Assembly: GCA_046757165.1 (NCBI GenBank)
Contig: JBHHXT010000005.1
Span: 1,396 to 65,395, forward strand
Source of the DNA: a bacterium
Lineage (GTDB): Bacteria; Zhuqueibacterota; Zhuqueibacteria; Oceanimicrobiales; Oceanimicrobiaceae
Direction: 5' to 3'
DNA: 64,000 bases
Each line of letters begins with the position of its first letter. Position 1 is the stretch's first letter. The position numbers and the translations under genes were made by a program. The notes below the pieces were generated by a model that had not been told where the DNA came from, did no database searches, and worked only from the letters and a program-made list of their open reading frames with translations. This document shows positions 1-8,927 of this stretch, in pieces.

Positions 1-136
1 CAACGCGCAGCCAAATTCCTTTCCCGCCTCTTGATTTTCACATTTCTATCCTCTATATTCGTGCCGAAAAATAATCTCGTAACTCACCACTGCTGTTTCG
101 CATTAGGTACCTCGAAAGAAGACAGGAGTCTAAGTT

Positions 137-826
137 ATGCAGGCTTTTTCCAAGGTGGTATGGAGCTCAGTCGGCAAAAAGTTCGTCATGGCGTTGACCG
201 GGCTGGCCATGGGGATTTTTTTACTCGAGCATGTGTCGGGCAATTTGCTTTTGTACAGCAACAACCCCACTCCGTACAACAAATACGCCCACTTCCTGAT
301 AAGCCTGGGCTGGCCGACGATTGCTGCAGAATTGGTTTTGGTTGCCTTCCTGCTGTTTCATGTGTTTTCTGGTATTTCCATCGCCATCGGCAAGCGAAAG
401 GCCCGTCCAGTCGACTATCACAAATCCGGCGATGCCGGCGGGCCGAGCAAAAAGACTTTTGCGTCCAGGAGCATGATTTTCACTGGCTTGCTAACCCTGG
501 TGTTCATTGTCATCCATCTGAAAACATTCAAGTTTGGTCCCACCGAGCCGCCCTATACGACCCGGGTTGGGGAGGTTGAGATGCGTAACTTGTACCGGCT
601 GGTCTGGGACGTGTTCAAGAACCCCTTCTATGTCGCATGGTATGTCGGTTCGATCGGCCTCCTGGGATTCCACCTGCGTCATGGATTCTGGAGCGCATTT
701 CAGTCTCTGGGGATAAGTCACCCCCGCTACTCGCCCCTCATCACCTCCGTCGGCATTTTATTAGCCATTGCTATTGCGGCGAGTTTCATCGGGATTCCCA
801 TTTGGGTCTATTTTACAGGAGCATAA
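137..826 (+). CDS. sdhC: Succinate dehydrogenase/fumarate reductase cytochrome b subunit, b558 family (single large membrane anchor, type-B enzyme)
   Basis: 229 aa, multi-TM with conserved His ligands. Directly precedes the flavoprotein and Fe-S subunits. N-terminus MQAFSKVVWSSVGKKFVMALTGLAMG is typical of the Bacteroides/Bacillus-type b558 anchor. Confidence 0.8.
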   Translation: MQAFSKVVWSSVGKKFVMALTGLAMGIFLLEHVSGNLLLYSNNPTPYNKYAHFLISLGWPTIAAELVLVAFLLFHVFSGISIAIGKRKARPVDYHKSGDAGGPSKKTFASRSMIFTGLLTLVFIVIHLKTFKFGPTEPPYTTRVGEVEMRNLYRLVWDVFKNPFYVAWYVGSIGLLGFHLRHGFWSAFQSLGISHPRYSPLITSVGILLAIAIAASFIGIPIWVYFTGA

Positions 827-829
827 GCC

Positions 830-2743
830 ATGATTCTCGATTCAAAGGTCCCGGATGGTTCACTGCAAGAAAAGTGGGACAAGCATAGATTCAACCTGAA
901 GCTGGTCAACCCGGCGAACAAGCGAAAATACACGGTCATTGTTGTGGGCACCGGGCTGGCCGGCGGGTCCGCAGCAGCGACGCTGGGAGAGCTGGGCTAC
1001 AACGTGCTGAACTTCTGCATCCAGGATTCTCCGCGCCGGGCGCACAGCATCGCAGCGCAGGGGGGCATCAACGCAGCCAAGAATTATCCCAACGACGGGG
1101 ACAGCATCTGGCGCCTCTTTTACGACACCGTCAAAGGGGGCGATTACCGCTCGCGTGAGGCGAATGTCTACCGGCTGGCGCAGATCAGCAACCATATCAT
1201 CGACCAGTGCGTGGCGCAAGGCGTGCCATTCGCGCGCGAGTACGGCGGTCTGCTGGACAACCGGTCGTTCGGCGGGGCACAGGTTTCGCGCACTTTCTAT
1301 GCTCGTGGGCAAACCGGCCAGCAGTTGCTGCTGGGCGCCTACAGCTCGCTCATGCGCCAGGTGGAGCAAGGAAGGGTGAAAATCTTCGCCCGCCATGAAA
1401 TGCTGGATCTGGTGGTGCAAAATGGCCATGCCCGCGGTATCGTGACCCGCAATCTTGTCAGCGGGGAAATCAGCTCTTTCGCCGCGGACGCCATCGTGCT
1501 GGCGACCGGCGGCTATGGCAACGTTTTTTACCTCTCCACCAACGCCAAAAACTCGAACGCGACTGCCGCCTGGCGCTGCCACAAACGCGGCGCGTTTTTC
1601 GCCAACCCTTGTTTCACGCAAATCCATCCGACCTGCATTCCGGTCTCCGGCGACTACCAGAGCAAGCTCACCTTGATGAGCGAAAGCTTGCGCAACGACG
1701 GCCGCGTCTGGGTGCCCAGGATGAAAGGCGACAAACGTGTGCCAGCGCAGGTTCCCGAAGAGGATCGGGATTACTACCTGGAAAGAAGATACCCGAGTTT
1801 CGGCAATCTCGTGCCGCGTGATGTGGCCTCCCGCAATGCCAAGGCGGTGTGTGACGAAGGGCGCGGCGTGGGCGAAACCGGGCTGGCGGTCTATCTGGAC
1901 TTCGCGGACGCCATCAAGCGTCTCGGCCAGCAGGCGATCAAAGACAAATATGGCAATCTGTTCGACATGTATGAGCGTATCACGGGCGAGAATCCCTACA
2001 AAGTGCCCATGCGCATCTATCCGGCCGTGCATTACACCATGGGCGGGCTCTGGGTCGACTACAACTTGATGAGTACCATACCGGGGCTGTTCGTGCTCGG
2101 CGAAGCCAACTTTTCCGACCACGGCGCGAATCGCCTCGGCGCGAGCGCGTTGATGCAGGGGCTGGCGGACGGCTATTTTGTCATTCCCTACACCATCGGC
2201 GACTACCTGGCCAACACCGGAGTCAATGGCACCGCGACAAGGGATAGCGAATTCAAGCAGGCAGAAGAGCAGGTGAAATCCGGAGTCGACAAATTCCTCG
2301 GCATCAGGGGCAAGAAAACCGTCACTGAATTCCACCGTGAGCTCGGGTTGCTCGTCTGGGAATATATCGGCATGGCGCGCAACAAAGCCAGCCTGAATAA
2401 GGCGCTAACGGAAATTCCAAAACTGAAGCAGCAATTCTGGAATGACCTGCTGATTCCAAATGACCCGAGTAATCTCAACAAGAATCTCGAATTCGCTGGC
2501 CGCGTGGCAGATTACTTTGAACTCGCTGAGCTGATGGCCAGAGATGCTTTGCAGCGCGAGGAATCATGTGGCGGCCACTTCCGGGAAGAGCACCAGACCG
2601 GCGAGGGCGAGGCCAGGCGTGACGACGACAACTTCTCCTGCGTTTCCGCCTGGGAGTACACGGGCGAAGGCAAGGACCCCACGCTCCACCAGGAGCCGCT
2701 GGTGTTCGAGAATGTGAAACTGACGCAGCGGAGTTACAAATAG
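830..2743 (+). CDS. sdhA: Succinate dehydrogenase/fumarate reductase flavoprotein subunit
   Basis: 637 aa. N-terminal FAD fold [27 protein letters not shown] motif carries the covalent-FAD His. C-terminal [11 protein letters not shown] matches the SdhA/FrdA active site. Confidence 0.95.
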   Translation: MILDSKVPDGSLQEKWDKHRFNLKLVNPANKRKYTVIVVGTGLAGGSAAATLGELGYNVLNFCIQDSPRRAHSIAAQGGINAAKNYPNDGDSIWRLFYDTVKGGDYRSREANVYRLAQISNHIIDQCVAQGVPFAREYGGLLDNRSFGGAQVSRTFYARGQTGQQLLLGAYSSLMRQVEQGRVKIFARHEMLDLVVQNGHARGIVTRNLVSGEISSFAADAIVLATGGYGNVFYLSTNAKNSNATAAWRCHKRGAFFANPCFTQIHPTCIPVSGDYQSKLTLMSESLRNDGRVWVPRMKGDKRVPAQVPEEDRDYYLERRYPSFGNLVPRDVASRNAKAVCDEGRGVGETGLAVYLDFADAIKRLGQQAIKDKYGNLFDMYERITGENPYKVPMRIYPAVHYTMGGLWVDYNLMSTIPGLFVLGEANFSDHGANRLGASALMQGLADGYFVIPYTIGDYLANTGVNGTATRDSEFKQAEEQVKSGVDKFLGIRGKKTVTEFHRELGLLVWEYIGMARNKASLNKALTEIPKLKQQFWNDLLIPNDPSNLNKNLEFAGRVADYFELAELMARDALQREESCGGHFREEHQTGEGEARRDDDNFSCVSAWEYTGEGKDPTLHQEPLVFENVKLTQRSYK

Positions 2744-2804
2744 ATGAGTTCAACTCAACTTTGAAATCTTGCAGAAGATCACGTCCCAGAGGAGAACTGT
2801 TTGA

Positions 2805-3563
2805 ATGGAAAGCATGACTTTGAACTTAGAAATCTGGCGTCAAAGAGATGCCAGCAGCTCTGGCAAGATGGTATCGTATAAACTCGAAAATGTTTCTCCA
2901 CACATGTCATTCCTGGAAATGCTCGATGTCTTGAACGAAAAACTGCTCAAAGAAAGGGCAGACCCGGTTGAATTTGACAACGACTGCCGCGAAGGCATTT
3001 GCGGCATGTGCAGCCTGGTCATCGACGGTGTGGCACACGGTCCCTGGAGAGGGACGGCCACCTGTCAACTGCACATGCGGCAATACAAAGATGGTGACAC
3101 CGTCGTCATCGAGCCGTGGCGCGCAAAAGCCTTCCCGGTGATCAAGGATCTGGTCGTGGACCGCACCGGGTTTGAACGTATCATTCAGGCCGGCGGCTAC
3201 ATTTCCATGAATGCCGGCGGGGCGCCGGACGCCAACGCGCTGCCGATTGCCAAAGAGATCGCTGACGAAGCGATGGACGCGGCCTCCTGCATCGGGTGCG
3301 GTGCGTGCGTCGCTGCCTGTCCCAACGCTTCCGCCTCGCTATTCACTGCCGCCAAGGTCTCACAATTCGCCCTTCTGCCGCAGGGGCAGCCGGAGCGCAA
3401 ACAGCGCGTTCTGCACATGGTCGAGCAGATGGACCGCGAGGGGTTTGGCGACTGCTCCAATCATGCGGAGTGCGAAGCAGTCTGCCCGAAGGAGATCTCG
3501 ATAGCGCACATTGCGCGCATGAAAAGGGAGTACCTCAAGGCCGCACTGACGGTAAGCGTTTGA
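2805..3563 (+). CDS. sdhB: Succinate dehydrogenase/fumarate reductase iron-sulfur subunit
   Basis: 252 aa with 2Fe-2S and 4Fe-4S/3Fe-4S cysteine clusters ([29 protein letters not shown]). True start may be the internal Met at about 2814. Confidence 0.9.
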   Translation: MESMTLNLEIWRQRDASSSGKMVSYKLENVSPHMSFLEMLDVLNEKLLKERADPVEFDNDCREGICGMCSLVIDGVAHGPWRGTATCQLHMRQYKDGDTVVIEPWRAKAFPVIKDLVVDRTGFERIIQAGGYISMNAGGAPDANALPIAKEIADEAMDAASCIGCGACVAACPNASASLFTAAKVSQFALLPQGQPERKQRVLHMVEQMDREGFGDCSNHAECEAVCPKEISIAHIARMKREYLKAALTVSV

Positions 3564-3636
3564 ATCGATGATCGATAATCGATGATCGACGATTGAGGGG
3601 GGCGGCGCGGCGCTCTGTGCGTTGATTTTGGTTACA

Positions 3637-4485
3637 TTATTTGGTAAACAGCATCTTTCTTATCGCGACAAATCCGGCCGCTTTCAGACGGTACACATAG
3701 ATACCATTGGCAAGCACGATTCCGGCATTGTTTGTGCCGTCCCACCGAACGCTGTAGGTTCCGGCAGGCTGCCGGGCGTTCACCAGCGTTTTCGCCTCCT
3801 GGCCCAGCACGTTGAATATCTCCAGGCGTACGTCTGTCGAACTTACCGACTGCGGAATCGTATAGGTGATGACCGTGCTCGGGTTGAAGGGATTCGGATA
3901 ATTCTGCTCCAGACGAAAATCCGATGGTGTGCCGGCCGCCCCGCCCTCGACGCTGGTCAGGATGCCGTTTTCTGCACCAATGGTTGGGCTGGCCTGGTCA
4001 GCCCAATCGCTCGCTTCATTGCCCTCGCCGTCGTACTCGATGGAATGACCCTGGTCCACTGCGGGCACAAAAGCCCCGCGTGTCCAAAGACCGGCCCCAA
4101 CCGCCACACCTTCTCTTCCCTGCCCACCTGCTCCCCACTGGACGAAAGCCCTGATTGCTGAGGTGCTGGTAAAAACATCGGTGGCATACAATGCCAGATC
4201 GGCGCTGTTCAGAAGGCTCTTGCCCCTTAGCGCCAGAATACTCCCCGGTGCCATATTCGTCGAGCCGCTGACAATTGTCAATGCTCGTATCTGATCATAC
4301 TGGGAGGCAAGTGTACAAAGCCACCAGCCAGAAACGTCAACCGAGGTTGAACCAAAATTCTTCAATTCAATCCGGTCGTCTGAAGCGGATGCTGTATTGT
4401 AGAGAACTTCATTGATTCTCACCTGTGACATCAGCGCAGTAGGAATCAACAAAAACAGAGCGAGACACTGAATCAATTTATTCAT
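3637..4485 (-). CDS. Secreted protein with N-terminal lamin-tail-like domain and C-terminal T9SS sorting domain (Por_Secre_tail)
   Basis: Signal peptide MNKLIQCLALFLLIPTALMSQ. LTD-like segment INEVLYN...DRIELKN...VDVSGWWL. C-terminus LEQNYPNPFNPSTVITY...IFNVLGQEAKTL...GIYVYRL is the canonical T9SS CTD. Confidence 0.75.
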   Translation of the reverse strand: MNKLIQCLALFLLIPTALMSQVRINEVLYNTASASDDRIELKNFGSTSVDVSGWWLCTLASQYDQIRALTIVSGSTNMAPGSILALRGKSLLNSADLALYATDVFTSTSAIRAFVQWGAGGQGREGVAVGAGLWTRGAFVPAVDQGHSIEYDGEGNEASDWADQASPTIGAENGILTSVEGGAAGTPSDFRLEQNYPNPFNPSTVITYTIPQSVSSTDVRLEIFNVLGQEAKTLVNARQPAGTYSVRWDGTNNAGIVLANGIYVYRLKAAGFVAIRKMLFTK

Positions 4486-5142
4486 ACCAAAAGCCTCCTT
4501 TTGTTCGGTTTGTAGGATACAGATGACGCTGTTATCTATTTTACACCGACAGCTTTTTCTTGACTTTTCGACGGGTTCACGAATTCAGAATTAGGGTGTT
4601 CACGTTTTAGCGTGTTGTCCCCTCGCCCAGCAAGCTGAAGTTTGTGAACCGAACACGCCCTTTCAGGAATCGCTCAATTCAGAAAGAAACTCTTTTGGGT
4701 TCCGGCTCCTCGGCTCAGGAAGCAGAGACAAGCTTCTGAGGTCACTTGCTCTCAACTATAACTGACATTTTGCCCGAATAATTCCTGAGCCGGACAAGCC
4801 CCGCAGAAAGCGCGAGGGACTCACTCTATCAAGCGAAAAGATCCTTTTTTTCTGAATGAGTGCAATTTCGAAAACAACTGGGCTGGAATCAATCGAGTCC
4901 ACCGTAGGAGCATTGACATGTGTTGGCGCATACATATCCACAACGTCGCCTGCACAGAACCAGTAACGAATCTCGGCTTAAGCTCCATTTAACCGGTCCG
5001 AGTCGAAATGAAAGTTAGGCGTCTGGTTATTTTGTGGGGATCGAACCTACCAACATCCCGCAGACAAAAAACGAAAATACGCCTACCAATATTTTATGGT
5101 TCAGTTGTATAGCTCGGACAACGTCACAACACCAATTCCACG

Positions 5143-5338
5143 CTGCGCGGGGTTCGGTTGGTGGAATCGAATGGCCGCCACCAGCGTAGTTGCACGCACT
5201 GCTATAAACCCAGTTTTCCGGCATTTCGACAAAGCCTTCCCTGAGCGGGTCGTGGTGCAGGTAAACGCTGTCTGGCCATATCGAGTCCTGTCAAAAAGGT
5301 CTGACGCCTGGGGACTCATCTGTCCGGTTTGGGGGATG
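5143..5338. repeat. Direct repeat R0 copy 1 (about 196 bp), near-identical to 6454-6657
   Basis: Aligned by eye against copy 2: 1 SNP and 1 single-base indel over about 196 bp. Begins CTGCGCGGGGTTCGGTTGGTGGAATCGAATGGCCGCCACCA. Flanks differ on both sides. Confidence 0.9.
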
Positions 5339-5529
5339 CAATCGCCGATTCAAGTATGCGAAGGGGATTAGCGGGTGGGCTGAGCACGCGGGCGGAAATC
5401 CGCTTAGAGCATGACGTGTGTCGGGGTTCAATCCCGCGCTGTTTGCGGGACAGACGGACGCCCACTCCCCACACTGCGTCCACTGCCAACTCTTGAGTCG
5501 TTAGGTGCAGTTCTGACTATTTTCGTCAT

Positions 5530-6336
5530 CTACTCATTATTAATTATTGCCAAAGAATCTAACAAAGCTCTGCCGAATGGTACGATCTTGAATGTTTGAG
5601 GTTTTGAAATCGTGGTTTTTCCTAGCGTCTCGTCTCGGTATTCACACTCTACTACTCCAAATGTGTGCAGTATCGCGACAATCATCCGCTCAATCGAACC
5701 CTGTAATGCCATACCCGCAAATTGACTGTCTGGCGCACCCCATACTAACCCGGTTTTCTCGACCAATGCATCCGCGAATTCGTCTATTGGTATTTTCGTA
5801 CCTTGTCGTAATGAAAGCAATTCTTCAAGTGCATGGTAATTGAAGAACCGCGGCAATTCATCTCCCATTCCCGAATATGGATAGGCCACTATCCAATTCA
5901 CTTCATACCACCACACTGACAGCAAAAACGATACTTGATACAGTGGGTCAAGACTGAGAAATCTTTCTCCGTCTCGCGTTAGTCGCCAACGACGCGCTGG
6001 TGCGATGTCCACCAAAGCCCCCACTTCTGCTAAGATATGTAGAAAATACAACGACCATACATCTTCTTCACTTCGTAGTCGATATGTTCGACCTCCCAGT
6101 GTCCGATCTAATACTGGCGGTTCGATGAATCTTGCTGTTACCGCTCGTACCATTTTCAAAGGCATGTTCCCTGTGCTTTGAGTACCCACAACTTTGTTTT
6201 CTTTTACAAATTCCAGCAATGTGACCATATCTCGCCGCAAAGGTAAATCGCTGGCGGTTTTGATCATCTCGCCGGTGTGATAATGCTTCCTCCACACAGA
6301 TAATCGTTCTTCCAATTTCTCGCCTTTCTTTCTCAA
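5530..6336 (-). CDS. Hypothetical protein (orphan, no recognisable domain), sits between the R0 direct repeats
   Basis: 268-aa ORF in otherwise ORF-poor DNA with codon usage like its neighbours. I could recognise no integrase, transposase or reverse-transcriptase motifs. Confidence 0.5.
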   Translation of the reverse strand: MRKKGEKLEERLSVWRKHYHTGEMIKTASDLPLRRDMVTLLEFVKENKVVGTQSTGNMPLKMVRAVTARFIEPPVLDRTLGGRTYRLRSEEDVWSLYFLHILAEVGALVDIAPARRWRLTRDGERFLSLDPLYQVSFLLSVWWYEVNWIVAYPYSGMGDELPRFFNYHALEELLSLRQGTKIPIDEFADALVEKTGLVWGAPDSQFAGMALQGSIERMIVAILHTFGVVECEYRDETLGKTTISKPQTFKIVPFGRALLDSLAIINNE

Positions 6337-6453
6337 ATCTCAGTTTTTCCTGAGTTCAGTGCTGGACTAAGGCCCGCACCTAATCCGGATAGACGGGGCC
6401 TCGCGCCCCCGCTCCTGCAACACCATCGCTGAAAGCTTTCGGGAATCACATAC

Positions 6454-6657
6454 CCCTCGAACTGCGCGGGGTTCGGTTGGTGGAATCGAATGGCCGCCAC
6501 CAGCGTAGTTGCACGCACTGCTATAAACCCAGTTTTCCGGCATTTCGACAAAGCCTTCCCTGAGCGGGTCGTGGTGCAGGTAAACGCTGTCTGGCCATAT
6601 CGAGTCCTGTCAAAAAGGTCTGACGCCTGGGGACTCATCTGTCCCGTTTGGGGGGAT
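6454..6657. repeat. Direct repeat R0 copy 2
   Basis: Same sequence as 5143-5338. Similarity ends at GGGGGATG on the right. Confidence 0.9.
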
Positions 6658-6820
6658 GACCGGAGCTTTCGCACACGCCAGACGCCAGGGGACCGCACTT
6701 GTTTGCGACTGAAAATTGTTCTTTCGACTTTCCAACAAACTTTCTTTAGCCGCTTCACCATATTAAATTGTATGCACAATCTAGTTGACACTCGAGTTAT
6801 TTCTATGTATATTTAGGCCC

Positions 6821-7090
6821 ATGCAATATGAATGGGACGAAAACAAACGACTTGCCAATCTTGTCCGCCACAAGGTCGATTTTGCCGATACCATCGATTC
6901 CGAATGGGACACGGCTCTTGAAACTATTGACGATCGCTTTGATTACGGCGAAGAACGATGGGTAGCGCTTGGTTTTATCGGTAACAAGCTTCACGTGATG
7001 GTGTATATTTTTCGGGCCCCCAAAATCCGCATAATAAGTTTGCGTAAAGCGAATAAACGTGAGAGAATGTATTATGAAAAACAATCCTGA
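6821..7090 (+). CDS. brnT: BrnT-family ribonuclease toxin (DUF497) of a type II TA system
   Basis: MQYEWDENKRLANLVRHKVDFADT...WVALGFIGNKLHVMVYIFRAPKIRIISLRKANKRERMYY matches the BrnT signature (M.FEWD..K...N..KHGV.F...IRIISAR.A...E...Y). The tracked ORF starts at an upstream TTG; the ATG at 6821 is more likely. Confidence 0.8.
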   Translation: MQYEWDENKRLANLVRHKVDFADTIDSEWDTALETIDDRFDYGEERWVALGFIGNKLHVMVYIFRAPKIRIISLRKANKRERMYYEKQS

Positions 7091-7361
7091 ACATATTACA
7101 AAAGAAGATTGGGAGGGTGTTGAATCTCCACCGCTTTCCGACGAGATGCTGTCTCGGATGAAACCAGTAAAGGAAAGCCATCCTGACATTCCGAAGCGAG
7201 TTCGCGGACCCCAAAAAGATCCTCTGAAAGTGCCTGTTTCCATCCGACTAAGTCCAGATGTTGTAGAATATTTCAAGTCGCAGGGCAAGGGTTGGCAGAC
7301 CAAGATCAACAAAATCCTCCACGATTATATGAAAACTCATGGGGCTGATCTTAAGCGCTAA
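7074..7361 (+). CDS. brnA: BrnA-family antitoxin (RHH/CopG-like)
   Basis: Overlaps the brnT stop by 17 nt, the typical TA arrangement. C-terminal VPVSIRLSPDVVEYFKSQGKGWQTKINKILHDYM matches the BrnA motif (I.L..DV...FK..G.GYQTRIN..LR.Y). Confidence 0.75.
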   Translation: MKNNPEHITKEDWEGVESPPLSDEMLSRMKPVKESHPDIPKRVRGPQKDPLKVPVSIRLSPDVVEYFKSQGKGWQTKINKILHDYMKTHGADLKR

Positions 7362-7372
7362 CGTTACGGATT

Positions 7373-7609
7373 CTATGCATCGCTGAGCCGTGCTGTACCC
7401 TCTAGTTTCACGCGGAGAACGAAACTGGACCCTACAGAAAAATCAAGAACGTGACCGCTCCATGCTCGTGAGGATTTGCAGCCCGCGTGCTCGGCCTGCC
7501 CCTTAATCCGCCGCGCACCCTTCCCTTCCCCGAAGACCGGCACCCATTCAACAATCGTATGTGTAGTGAAATAGATGCCGTTGTCATCAACGATTCTGTA
7601 TCGAGCCAT
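7373..7609 (-). pseudogene. Possible truncated RAYT / IS200-like (Y1 HUH) transposase N-terminal fragment
   Basis: 78-aa ORF. MARYRIVDDNGIYFTTHTIVEWVPVF resembles the N-terminus of REP-associated tyrosine transposases (E. coli RayT: YRRYYIKGGTWFFTVNL), but the HUH and catalytic Tyr regions are absent. Confidence 0.3.
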
Positions 7610-7716
7610 CTGGAATCAAATCCAAGATAACAAGATGGCGCCGGATATAAAGTGTCCGATTGCTTTTATTCTCGATTTTGTTCTTTGATTTAATGGTTAA
7701 GACTGCTAGACTGACT

Positions 7717-7777
7717 GAATGAGAAGGCTCGTGTCGTGGGTTTCGAACCCGTCACGAAGTGTCTTCCTTCAGTCAGG
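7717..7777. repeat. REP-like compound palindrome: about 17-bp imperfect inverted arms enclosing a GGGTTTCGAACCC hairpin
   Basis: GACTGACTGAATGAGAAGG ... CGTGGGTTTCGAACCCGTCACG ... CTTCCTTCAGTCAGGTC, read directly from the sequence. Confidence 0.6.
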
Positions 7778-7828
7778 TCTAAAGTCCGTGAGAATAGTTA
7801 TAGAGATCCGACCTCATCTGTGAAGATA

Positions 7829-8866
7829 CTATCGCGCGCCTGATTGCTTGATCTTTCTGCTCACCTGCGCAAATCGAATCAGCAGGGTTTCAAGCTGTTT
7901 GCTGTACTCTTCGGGGGCAAGTTGGTCTTTTCTGGTCTTCAGCTCTTCGATTTGCTGCTGGAGCTGAAATTTTTCCAGTCTCAGTTTGTCCAGCGGAGAT
8001 TGGTCGCCGGTGCTCATTTTCTGCAAAGCAGCCTCCAGCTCTGGCGCCGCCGGACCCAGGTAGACACGGCTGGCCCACAGGCCATCTTTCGAGTCGTCGA
8101 ACTCCTGGCTGCCGACGCCATCACCGTTGTCGTCCAGCAGGGGGTGCTCAGCGCGCAAGCGCCGGTTTTCCTCGAACCAATCGTCCTGGCTGGTGCGCGC
8201 ATACGTGAACGCCTCGAGCAGACTGATGCGCTTGTCCTTGTTGCTATCGGCTGCCTCGTTGGCCAGCGCATCGAGGAAGAAATCTGCGAAGTTGGTCTCG
8301 AAGTACTGGGCGCCGCTTTTGGTGGCGGTCACCACCACCCGCTCTTTGGTACTGAGTCTCTTGATGAACGGCCCGCTGGCACTGCTGGTGTTGACGACGA
8401 TGATGCGCCGCGTGGGCAGGGTCGCCAGCATCTCTGCATAGTCGATATCCTTCAAGTCCGGGCCGACCAGGTTGAACTTGGCCCATTCGCCGTCAAAGGT
8501 GCCGTGGCCAATCAGGACCACCAGAAGCTGGTCCTCAGGGTGCATCTTCTTGCTGAGCTGTTCCATCGAGTTTCGAACATTTGCGCTGTTGGCCACGGCT
8601 GTGATTTTCAAGGAATCGTAAGCGAGATCCTCGAAAAGATAGATCAGATTCTGCTCTTTGTACCCGAGGCTGTCTGCCAGGAGATCGTACAACCGACGGG
8701 TTTGCTCGAAATATTTATCTGAGAATTCCTTCTGTCCGCCTGCGCCGCCAATGATCAGGGCATACCGTTCCCCCATCGCCTGAGACGATTGCGCAAATGC
8801 CGCAGAGACGACGAGCAGAAGCACATGCATTTTGATGAGCAACCCTGTCGATTTCATTCGCTCCAT
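7829..8866 (-). CDS. Secreted protein with legumain/caspase-like (C13-like) fold; Ser at predicted catalytic Cys position; C-terminal coiled coil
   Basis: Signal peptide. YALIIGGAGG ... LIGHGTFDG ... about 40 aa ... IIVVNTSSASG mirrors the C13 His-Gly ... hhhDAC.SG spacing with Cys replaced by Ser. Last gene of the Bat-like operon. Confidence 0.35.
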   Translation of the reverse strand: MERMKSTGLLIKMHVLLLVVSAAFAQSSQAMGERYALIIGGAGGQKEFSDKYFEQTRRLYDLLADSLGYKEQNLIYLFEDLAYDSLKITAVANSANVRNSMEQLSKKMHPEDQLLVVLIGHGTFDGEWAKFNLVGPDLKDIDYAEMLATLPTRRIIVVNTSSASGPFIKRLSTKERVVVTATKSGAQYFETNFADFFLDALANEAADSNKDKRISLLEAFTYARTSQDDWFEENRRLRAEHPLLDDNGDGVGSQEFDDSKDGLWASRVYLGPAAPELEAALQKMSTGDQSPLDKLRLEKFQLQQQIEELKTRKDQLAPEEYSKQLETLLIRFAQVSRKIKQSGAR

Positions 8867-8927
8867 TTCTCCCTTTCGCGGTTGTCAAATCCCGTGTTTT
8901 ATGCGGGACTCCGCCGCGCTAGCTAAG

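Noticed and set aside
31-579. 182-aa ORF overlapping sdhC in another frame
   Set aside because: It lies out of frame across a confidently identified cytochrome b gene. Its Arg/Cys-rich composition is typical of out-of-frame translation.
860-2335. 491-aa antisense ORF inside sdhA
   Set aside because: It is opposite a highly conserved flavoprotein gene, and its Ala/Arg/Gly-rich low-complexity translation is typical of a GC-rich antisense frame.
3564-3640. Short tandem ATCGATGATCGA-like repeats after sdhB
   Set aside because: These are only 3 or 4 degenerate units next to a probable terminator region. They are too short to call a satellite or regulatory array.
5030-5075. tRNA-like T-arm (GGTAGGTTCGATCCCCAC on the minus strand)
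   Set aside because: There is no complementary acceptor stem, D-arm or anticodon arm, and the T-stem has a mismatch. It is more likely a chance match or a remnant.
7700-7790. Possible tRNA centred on GTGGG-TTTCGAA-CCCGT (anticodon-like loop)
   Set aside because: The flanking arms form one long inverted repeat rather than a cloverleaf, and there is no T-arm or D-arm. It is annotated as a REP-like palindrome instead.
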